DNA of 64,000 bases from the NCBI GenBank assembly GCA_022844165.1, contig JALHMH010000002.1, positions 128,001 to 192,000 of the forward strand, read 5' to 3'. Positions 56,478 to 64,000 of the stretch are shown piece by piece (positions within the stretch are counted from its first letter, which is position 1; each line of letters starts with the position of its first letter). Made by a program: the position numbers and the translations under genes. The notes beneath the pieces were generated by a model. It was given only the letters and a program-made list of their open reading frames with translations. It did no database searches and was not told the origin of the DNA. This DNA comes from Lysobacterales bacterium (GTDB lineage: Bacteria; Pseudomonadota; Gammaproteobacteria; Xanthomonadales; SZUA-5).

Positions 56478-58481
56478 ATGAAAGCTAAGTTTCTAACAAC
56501 GCTGGTGCTATTGGCAGGATCGGCCGCCGTATCGGCCAAGCCGATTCCGATCGATGCACTCGCTGCGATGCCCAAGATCCAGTCGGTATCGATGAGCGCC
56601 GACGGCAAACATCTGATTGCGCTGCTCGGCAAGGAGGGCGCCGACGAATTCGATACCACGCTGGCGACCTGGGATATGGCGAATCTGGACAAGGCGCCCG
56701 TCACAACGGCATCTGGCGATCGTATGAAGTTCGTCAACGCCATCGCCCTCAAAGCGGGGCACTTTCTGGTGATCGGCCGACAAGAGTGGACTGGCGAACT
56801 GGGTGGCTGCGGCGAAGGCAAAACAACGGGTTCGACCAAGACCTTCGTCACCAAGATCTACATGGCGGACGTCAAACACAGCGAGTTCGAAGAGGCTTTC
56901 GCCGCCAAGAGCCGCGAATTCGGTATGAGCGAACGCACCAAACGTTGCCTCGAATTGGCCGGCAGCGCGCGCCTGGTTGAGCCGCTGCCGCTCGATCCGG
57001 AGCACGTGATCATCGCGCAGCTCGATATGGCGAGTTTTCGCGACACCTACTTTCGCTACAACGTGCGCACCAAGGAAACCGAATTGCTGTTCAAGGCCAC
57101 CGGGCGTTCCGCTCCCGGCTTGTTCGATCCGCGCACCGGCGATGTTCTGACCCGAACGATGTTGGAGCCGATCGCAGGCGGCGGCTTTGAGCAGCAGGTG
57201 CTCATCCTCGATCCCAAGACGAAGACCTTCGAGAAGCACGACAAACTGACGACCAAACTCAAGGATCGTTATGCGGTGAATATCGTTGGCCGCGATGAGG
57301 AGAGCGGAAAGTTCTACGTGCTGACCGATCTTTTTGCCGATCACGTGCAGGCGTTGCTCTACGATCCGGTGGCAAAAGCCTTCGACAAAGACCCGCTGGT
57401 CGCGCACCCGCAGTTTTCGATCGGCCGCACCGTGCTCGGCTCTCGCGAAAGCGACTTCAACAAGGTGATCGGCTTTGCGGTGAACGAACTTTCGCCGAAA
57501 GTGACCTGGGTGGAACCACGTTTGCAGAGCATCCAGGCCGGTCTGGAAAAAGCCTATCCCGGCCAGGACGTGACGATCCTCAGCTACACCGATGCGCGCG
57601 ACAAAGTGCTGTTCAGCACCGAAAGTAACCGACATCCGCCGGCGTATCACTTGCTGACGGACGGCAAAAACGTCAAAACCCTGGGTGTCGAGCGTTCGGG
57701 TATCGACGCCGATAGCATCGGCGAACAACGTTGGGTGACGTATACGGCACGCGACGGCAAGAAGATCCCGGCCATTCTCGATCTGCCGGCCGGATGGAAA
57801 AAAGGCGATGGAGCGCTGCCGACGGTTATCCATCCTCATGGCGGTCCTTGGGCCCGCGACTTCGGCGGTTGGGACGGCTCGGGCTGGGTGCCATTTTTGA
57901 CATCGCGCGGATATGCCGTATTGCGGCCGCAGTACCGTGGTTCGGCGGGCCTGGGCCGCGACTTGTGGCTGGCCGGCGATGCCGAATGGGGCCAGAAAAT
58001 GCAAGACGACAAAGACGATGGTGCCGCGTGGCTCGTCAAAGAAGGCATCGCCGACGAAAAGCGGATGGTGATCTTCGGCTATTCGTATGGCGGTTTTGCC
58101 GCGGCGGCGGCGACGGTTCGTCCGAACAGTCCTTACAAATGTGCGATTGCCGGCGCCCCTGTGACCGATCTTGCGCGCCTGAGCAACAACTGGAGCGAGA
58201 ATCGCGTGCAACGCCTGCTGCAGGGCCGCACGGTCACGGGGATGGACCCGATGAGGAATGTCGACAAGGCAAATATTCCGGTGCTGTTGTACGTGGGCGA
58301 TCGCGATGTGCGCACGCCGGCGTTCCACGCCCGCGATTTTTACCAAGGCGTCAAGGATAAAGTGGAGGCGCGTTTTGAGCTGGTTCCAGACATGGCGCAT
58401 AGCCTGCCCTGGTATCCGCGCCACCATCGCAAAACACTGGCGCTGATCGAAGATTTCCTCAACGGTCCGTGTAGCGCATGA
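56478..58481 (+). CDS. S9-family (prolyl oligopeptidase-like) exported peptidase
   Basis: GGAGG RBS; signal peptide; PHGGPW, YRGSAG, GYSYGG, GDRDVR, DMAH. Confidence 0.94.
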   Translation: MKAKFLTTLVLLAGSAAVSAKPIPIDALAAMPKIQSVSMSADGKHLIALLGKEGADEFDTTLATWDMANLDKAPVTTASGDRMKFVNAIALKAGHFLVIGRQEWTGELGGCGEGKTTGSTKTFVTKIYMADVKHSEFEEAFAAKSREFGMSERTKRCLELAGSARLVEPLPLDPEHVIIAQLDMASFRDTYFRYNVRTKETELLFKATGRSAPGLFDPRTGDVLTRTMLEPIAGGGFEQQVLILDPKTKTFEKHDKLTTKLKDRYAVNIVGRDEESGKFYVLTDLFADHVQALLYDPVAKAFDKDPLVAHPQFSIGRTVLGSRESDFNKVIGFAVNELSPKVTWVEPRLQSIQAGLEKAYPGQDVTILSYTDARDKVLFSTESNRHPPAYHLLTDGKNVKTLGVERSGIDADSIGEQRWVTYTARDGKKIPAILDLPAGWKKGDGALPTVIHPHGGPWARDFGGWDGSGWVPFLTSRGYAVLRPQYRGSAGLGRDLWLAGDAEWGQKMQDDKDDGAAWLVKEGIADEKRMVIFGYSYGGFAAAAATVRPNSPYKCAIAGAPVTDLARLSNNWSENRVQRLLQGRTVTGMDPMRNVDKANIPVLLYVGDRDVRTPAFHARDFYQGVKDKVEARFELVPDMAHSLPWYPRHHRKTLALIEDFLNGPCSA

Positions 58482-58485
58482 GGTC

Positions 58486-58520
58486 ACCATCGGGCCGCGC
58501 GAGCTGCGCGGCCCGATGGT
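58486..58520. terminator. Hairpin terminator between the convergent S9 peptidase and ispH genes
   Basis: ACCATCGGGCCGCGC-GAGCT-GCGCGGCCCGATGGT, a 15-bp perfect stem. Confidence 0.75.
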
Positions 58521-58615
58521 CTTGTAGCAGGATTCTCTGCGACTTGCGGCGCGCTGTCGCAGGTTCGTCGTTAGCCGACGCTCCGGCGCCGATGATCAGT
58601 TGCCGCAATCCCGGC

Positions 58616-59563
58616 TCAGGCTTCGACGACGATGCGAAGCTCTTTGGGTAACGCAAACACCATGTTTTCTTCGACGCCATCGAGCTCCTTGACGCTGCTG
58701 GCGCCAAGTTCGCGTAAGCGCGCGATGACTTCAAGAACCAGCTGCTCAGGGGCCGATGCGCCAGCGGTCAGGCCCACACACGTTGCGCCGACCAGCCAAC
58801 CGGCGGCGATGTCTGCTGCACCATCGATCAGCAGCGCGGGTACGCCGCAGCGTTCGGCCAATTCGCGCAGACGATTGCTGTTGGAACTTTCCGGCGAACC
58901 CACGACGAGCACACGATCGCAGCGCTCCGCGAGCACACGAACGGCATCCTGGCGATTCTGAGTGGCATAACAGATATCGTCGTGACGCGGACCTTCGATC
59001 GCTGGAAACTTGCGTTGCAGCGCGGCAATGATGTCTCGGGTCTCGTCCACCGACAGTGTGGTCTGGGTGGTGAATGCCAGCGCCTGCGGTTGGCTGACGC
59101 TGAGACCGTCGACGTCGCTGAGCGTTTCCACCAGGTAAATCTGCCCAAGTGCTTCGCGCTGCCATTGCCCCAGTGTACCTTCGACTTCTGGATGGCCCGC
59201 ATGCCCGATCAGCACCATATCGCGCCCGGCCCGGCAGTGGCGCGAGACTTCCATATGGACTTTGGTGACCAGCGGGCAGGTGGCGTCGAATACGCGGAAA
59301 CCCCGAGCGTTCGCTTCAGCGCGTACCGCCTGGGACACCCCGTGGGCGCTGAAGATCAGCGTTGCGCCCGCGGGTACCTCACCCAGATCTTCGATAAACA
59401 CCGCGCCGCGGGCGCGAAGCGTTTCGACGACGAAGCGGTTGTGAACCACTTCATGGCGCACATAAATCGGCGCCCCAAAGAGATCGAGTGCGCGGTCGAC
59501 GATATCGATCGCGCGATCGACGCCGGCACAGAATCCGCGGGGGTTGGCGAGCAGGACTTTCAT
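58616..59563 (-). CDS. ispH: 4-hydroxy-3-methylbut-2-enyl diphosphate reductase
   Basis: [42 protein letters not shown]. Confidence 0.98.
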   Translation of the reverse strand: MKVLLANPRGFCAGVDRAIDIVDRALDLFGAPIYVRHEVVHNRFVVETLRARGAVFIEDLGEVPAGATLIFSAHGVSQAVRAEANARGFRVFDATCPLVTKVHMEVSRHCRAGRDMVLIGHAGHPEVEGTLGQWQREALGQIYLVETLSDVDGLSVSQPQALAFTTQTTLSVDETRDIIAALQRKFPAIEGPRHDDICYATQNRQDAVRVLAERCDRVLVVGSPESSNSNRLRELAERCGVPALLIDGAADIAAGWLVGATCVGLTAGASAPEQLVLEVIARLRELGASSVKELDGVEENMVFALPKELRIVVEA

Positions 59564-60066
59564 GGTTTGCCATTCTGCCTCTCGGTCCTGGCTTCCTTGC
59601 TGAATATCTCATAGCAAATCAGCCAGACGATGCCCACCGTGACACAGGAATCGGCGACATTGAAGACCGGCCAATGGTGCGTCTGGTAGTAAACATCGAC
59701 AAAATCGATGACATAACCGAGGCTCGCGCGGTCGATCAAATTGCCGATCGCGCCGCCGATCAGCAGCGAGAGCGGCAAACACAAGATCCAGTTCGACCTG
59801 GGTGTGCGCCGCAGCCACTCCATAAGGCCTAGCGTGACCGCGCTGGCGACGATCAAGAAAAACCACTTCTGCCACCCAGGCTGATGACTCAAGAAACTGA
59901 ATGCACCGCCGTAGTTGTGGATCAGCGTCCAGTTCAGGCCCGGCAACACCGGCACGGGCTGCGCATAGATCAAGTGCTCGACCGCAATCGCCTTGGTCCA
60001 TTGATCGAGCGCGATCATGACGGCCGACAGCCAAAGCCAGGCGTAGGAAGCGAGACGCGCAGTCAT
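59560..60066 (-). CDS. lspA: Lipoprotein signal peptidase II
   Basis: [32 protein letters not shown]. Confidence 0.97.
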   Translation of the reverse strand: MTARLASYAWLWLSAVMIALDQWTKAIAVEHLIYAQPVPVLPGLNWTLIHNYGGAFSFLSHQPGWQKWFFLIVASAVTLGLMEWLRRTPRSNWILCLPLSLLIGGAIGNLIDRASLGYVIDFVDVYYQTHHWPVFNVADSCVTVGIVWLICYEIFSKEARTERQNGKP

Positions 60067-60112
60067 CGGCCAAACTGCCGATGTGCGACCTGCCTGAGCG
60101 CCAGGATCCGCG

Positions 60113-62917
60113 TCAAAACCACGCTCGCACCTCGCCCTCTCCGACCACGTTCTCGACGCACCGGCCGCAAATTTCCGGATGATCCGGATGCGTACCGACG
60201 TCATCGACGTGATGCCAGCAGCGCACACACTTGGCTGCGACGCTGACGCGCGGTGCAACAGCGACGGAAATGCCTTCGCGTTCGACAACGGTCGCACCGG
60301 CCGGCGCGGTTTCCGTGGTGATGGTGGCACGCGATACGATCAACAGGAACTTGAGCTCATTCGCCATCGGTCGCAGCGCGTCCGCTTGTAGCGCGGACAG
60401 GTGTACGTCGACCTCTGCATCGAGCCCTGATCCGATCGCCTTGTCGCGACGCAGCGGTTCCAGGGCAAGTTGCGTGGCCTCGCGGATCTGCATCAGCAGG
60501 GCCATCGTCGCAGCGTTCAAACCGAAGTCGGAAGGCACGGGCGCCAACTGCTCATACCAGGTGTGGAACAGCGGCGACGGATGTTCGCGCGCCGGCATGT
60601 ACGACCAGATTTCATCGGCCGTGAACGACAAGATCGGCGCAATCCAGCGGGTCAGCGCTTCAAGCACATGCCACATCGCCGTTTGGCCGGAGCGCCGCGC
60701 CAGCGAGTCGCGCTGAAGCGTGTACATCCGATCTTTGAGCACATCCAGATAAAAAGCGCCCAGTTCGATGGCGCAGAACGCGTGCACATCCTGATAGATC
60801 TGATGGAACTGATAGCTGTCGTAGGCGGCGATGACCTTTTGCTGCAGCGCGTGCGCTTGACCGATCAAATAGCGGTCGAGCGGCAGCATTTGATCCAAGG
60901 CCACCGCGTTCTGCGGCTCAAAGCCGTTCAAGTTCGCGAGCAGATAGCGGCAGGTATTGCGAATGCGCCGATACGATTCAGAGACGCGCTTGAGAATCTC
61001 GTCCGAGACGCTCATCTCGGCGCGATAGTCGGTGGCCGCGACCCACAGCCGCAGCACATCGGCGCCGAGGGACTTCATAACTTGCTGCGGCGCGACGACA
61101 TTGCCGGCGCTCTTGCTCATCTTCTTGCCTTGCGCATCGACCGTAAAACCGTGCGTCAGCACCTGGCGATACGGTGCGGCGCCGTACATCGCCACGCCGG
61201 TGAGCAACGCCGAATGGAACCAGCCACGATGTTGATCGGAGCCTTCGAGATAAATGTCCACGGGCAGTTCGCCCAAGTTGTCGCGGCTGCAGACCACGGC
61301 CGAATGCGACACACCAGACTCGAACCAGACATCCAGCGTATCGGTCACTTTTTCGTAGCGATCGACATCTGCGCCGAGCCAATCATTGGCGTCGAGATCG
61401 AACCACGCGTCGATACCGCCCTGTTCGATTTTGTCGGCCACGGCGAGCATCCACTCGCCGGTGCGCGGATGCGGCAACTGCCGCTCGCGATCGACGAACA
61501 GAGGAATCGGCACGCCCCAGGTGCGCTGGCGCGAGATACACCAGTCGGGACGGTTTTCGATCATGCCGTAGATGCGTTCGCGGCCCCAATCGGGAATCCA
61601 GCGCACGGTGTCGATCGCACTGAGCGCGTCTTTGCGCAAACTTGCCGCATCCATACTGATGAACCACTGCGGCGTGGCACGGAAAATAGTCGGCGTTTTA
61701 TGCCGCCAGCAGTGCGCAACGCTGTGATCAAATTCGGTGCTGCTGAGCAACGCGCCACGTTCTTGCAGCAGCGCGATGATGTGCGGATTGGCGTCCTTGA
61801 TTCGCTGGCCACCGAACAGCGGCAGATCGGCCGCATAGCGCGAATCACCGCCCACGGGGTTCAGCACTTCACTGCTGTAGCGCTTCACCGCGTGGAAGTC
61901 CTCCACGCCATAGGCCGGCGCGCAGTGCACCAGGCCCGTACCGTCCGCCGCGCTGACGTGATCGGACAGGATCAGCAAGGAAACACGATCGTAAAACGGA
62001 TGCTGCACGTCGCAGCGCTCGAGCCGAGCGCCGGTCGTGGTCGCAACGATCTCGCCGCTCATCCCGAAGCGCAGCAAGCAGGATTCGACCAGCGACTCGG
62101 CGAGCAGCAGATGACCACGTGCGGTTTTGACCAGCGCATAGACAAGCTCGGCGCCAACCGCGACCGCCTGGTTGGCGGGTAAGGTCCAGGGCGTGGTCGT
62201 CCAGATCGCGAGGCTTGCATCGTCGATGGAACCCTCGAGGCCAAAGGCGCCGGCCAATTTTTTGCCGTCGATGAACTTGAATGCGACGTCGATCGCTGGA
62301 TCGCGTTTGTTGCCGTACTCGATCTCCGCCTCGGCCAATGCGCTCTGGCAATCGAAACACCAGTGTACCGGCTTGAAGCCGCGCACCACATGGCCGCGGT
62401 CGACGATTCTGGCCAGACTGCGCACGATGCCGGCCTCGTAGGCGTAGTCCATGGTTCGATAGGGGTTTTCCCACTCGCCCAACACACCCAGACGTTTGAA
62501 GTCTTCGCGCTGACGATCGATCTGCTCAGCGGCATATCGTCGGCACTCGGCGCGAAAGGCACGCGCATCGAGTTTTTGGCCGACCTTACCGTGCTTTTTT
62601 TCCACCGCCACTTCAATGGGCAAACCGTGGCAATCCCATCCCGGTACGTAGGGCGCGCGAAAACCAGCGAGCAGCCGGCTCTTGACGACGATGTCCTTCA
62701 AAATCTTGTTGACCGCATGGCCGATATGAATGTCGCCATTCGCATACGGTGGTCCGTCGTGCAGAACGAACATTGGCCGATCCGCTGCGTGTTTCTGGAT
62801 CGCGTGATAACGATCGCTCGCCGCCCATTCCGCCAGGCGGTTCGGTTCGCGCTGCGGCAAGTCCGCCTTCATCGGAAAGTCGGTGACCGGCAGCGAGATG
62901 GTGTTCTTGTAGTCCAT
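60113..62917 (-). CDS. ileS: Isoleucine-tRNA ligase
   Basis: [27 protein letters not shown]-terminal CVRC/CGRC. Confidence 0.98.
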   Translation of the reverse strand: MDYKNTISLPVTDFPMKADLPQREPNRLAEWAASDRYHAIQKHAADRPMFVLHDGPPYANGDIHIGHAVNKILKDIVVKSRLLAGFRAPYVPGWDCHGLPIEVAVEKKHGKVGQKLDARAFRAECRRYAAEQIDRQREDFKRLGVLGEWENPYRTMDYAYEAGIVRSLARIVDRGHVVRGFKPVHWCFDCQSALAEAEIEYGNKRDPAIDVAFKFIDGKKLAGAFGLEGSIDDASLAIWTTTPWTLPANQAVAVGAELVYALVKTARGHLLLAESLVESCLLRFGMSGEIVATTTGARLERCDVQHPFYDRVSLLILSDHVSAADGTGLVHCAPAYGVEDFHAVKRYSSEVLNPVGGDSRYAADLPLFGGQRIKDANPHIIALLQERGALLSSTEFDHSVAHCWRHKTPTIFRATPQWFISMDAASLRKDALSAIDTVRWIPDWGRERIYGMIENRPDWCISRQRTWGVPIPLFVDRERQLPHPRTGEWMLAVADKIEQGGIDAWFDLDANDWLGADVDRYEKVTDTLDVWFESGVSHSAVVCSRDNLGELPVDIYLEGSDQHRGWFHSALLTGVAMYGAAPYRQVLTHGFTVDAQGKKMSKSAGNVVAPQQVMKSLGADVLRLWVAATDYRAEMSVSDEILKRVSESYRRIRNTCRYLLANLNGFEPQNAVALDQMLPLDRYLIGQAHALQQKVIAAYDSYQFHQIYQDVHAFCAIELGAFYLDVLKDRMYTLQRDSLARRSGQTAMWHVLEALTRWIAPILSFTADEIWSYMPAREHPSPLFHTWYEQLAPVPSDFGLNAATMALLMQIREATQLALEPLRRDKAIGSGLDAEVDVHLSALQADALRPMANELKFLLIVSRATITTETAPAGATVVEREGISVAVAPRVSVAAKCVRCWHHVDDVGTHPDHPEICGRCVENVVGEGEVRAWF

Positions 62918-62986
62918 GCGTCTTCTTCGGTGGGCCGCGCCTTTGGGGCGCGACGCTAAGGGAGGTTTCGTGTCGCGATGCGCAAG

Positions 62987-63904
62987 CTACGGCGCGAGCG
63001 CCAGCAGCCGTCGTGCCTCGGCCGCATCAAGCCGAATTTGCTCGACCAACGCGTCGAGCGACGCAAAATGCCATTCGTCCCGTTGCTTGGCAACGAATTG
63101 CACCGATAACCGCTGACCGTACAGATCGCCCGTGAAATCCAGCAAATGCACTTCCAGCAGCAGTTCTTTGCCGCCAACCGCCGGTCGATAACCCAGCGAC
63201 GCGACAGCCGGAGCGTCGCGCAGGCCTGGGCCACTGACGCGCACGGCAAAGATTCCGGAAAAGCCTGGCGAGTCCTGCGGCCAGCGGATATTGGCGGTTG
63301 GGAACCCGAGTTGTCGACCTAGTTGTTGGCCGCGCACGACGCGACCCTCGTAAGCGTAGGGACGGCCCAGCAACCGCGCGGCGTGTCCAAAGTCGCCGGC
63401 GATCAATGCTTGACGCACGGCGGTTGCGCTGATGACCTGTTGGTCTTGCAGGACCGGAGCGACGACCGACACCTCGAATCCATAGCGCGCGCCGAGCGCG
63501 ATCAGGGTGTCGACATCGCCCTCGCGACGGTGGCCGAAGCGGAAGTTGGGGCCAACAAACAACGCTTTGGCGCTGAGGCGATCATGCAGCGCCACCCGCA
63601 CAAAATTCTCCGGCGACATCGCCGCGAGTGTCTGGTCGAATCGCAGTGCCAGTACGCGCTCGATACCGGCACGACGCAGCAGGCGATAGCGGGTGGCCAT
63701 CGGGGTCAGCCGCAACGTTGGTTCGCGTTTAAAGTAGTGCCTCGGCAAAGGTTCAAACGTCAATGCCGTCGCGACGCCAGCGACATCGGAGCGCGCGACG
63801 CATCGTTGCAACAAGGCCTGGTGTCCAAGGTGCAGCCCATCGAAAGCGCCGATGGCAACGACGGAGGGCGATAAGGCAGGAGACGACAAATTTCGTATGA
63901 GCAT
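62987..63904 (-). CDS. ribF: Bifunctional riboflavin kinase/FAD synthetase
   Basis: GAFDGLHLGH, FRFG, GFPTAN, LEVHLLDF. Confidence 0.97.
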   Translation of the reverse strand: MLIRNLSSPALSPSVVAIGAFDGLHLGHQALLQRCVARSDVAGVATALTFEPLPRHYFKREPTLRLTPMATRYRLLRRAGIERVLALRFDQTLAAMSPENFVRVALHDRLSAKALFVGPNFRFGHRREGDVDTLIALGARYGFEVSVVAPVLQDQQVISATAVRQALIAGDFGHAARLLGRPYAYEGRVVRGQQLGRQLGFPTANIRWPQDSPGFSGIFAVRVSGPGLRDAPAVASLGYRPAVGGKELLLEVHLLDFTGDLYGQRLSVQFVAKQRDEWHFASLDALVEQIRLDAAEARRLLALAP

Positions 63905-64000
63905 GAGTGCGGATCAACGCGGTGGCCGGCAGATTCCAAACGACAAAGCCGACCGATCGGACGGCGAAGTATAGGAAACCTCGCGCCAGCCGCTTGTCGA

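Noticed and set aside
56508-62182. 660-aa and 570-aa opposite-strand ORFs
   Set aside because: Antisense shadows of the S9 peptidase and ileS.
1-64000. tRNA, rRNA, prophage, integrase, transposase or defence genes
   Set aside because: None recognised by eye; tRNAscan and Rfam were not run.

Overview
A GC-rich gammaproteobacterial chromosome segment; gene content suggests a Xanthomonadales-like organism (inference). In order: a membrane-bound CheA-like kinase running off the left edge and absent from the ORF track; a propeller-sensor diguanylate cyclase; two convergent secreted proteins; a pectin/unsaturated-uronate locus (LacI regulator, TRAP transporter, FAH-family enzyme, pectate lyase, TonB receptor, kdgK, kduD, kduI) with four copies of one operator; a WYL regulator; a GAF protein with a degenerate kinase remnant; a QseBC-type pair plus a five-gene 'thermostable hemolysin'/adenylating enzyme/diiron oxidase/SDR/TPR operon; amidohydrolase, OmpA, zur, M14 peptidase; a maltose-type MFS and GH13 amylase sharing an operator with a LacI gene 16 kb away; queE, tol-pal, ruvB, rocF, ilvE, gatCAB; a 299-bp MITE; DUF1501/DUF1800; a Reeler-like protein; an S9 peptidase; and ispH-lspA-ileS-ribF. 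Best candidates for undescribed systems: (1) a short [IVL][FV]xxG[FH][ED] terminal tag on four unrelated exported proteins, possibly a sorting or assembly signal; (2) the five-gene operon plus two-component pair as a possible signal-synthesis and sensing circuit. No rRNA, tRNA or CRISPR array was recognised. All calls come from motif recognition; no searches were run.
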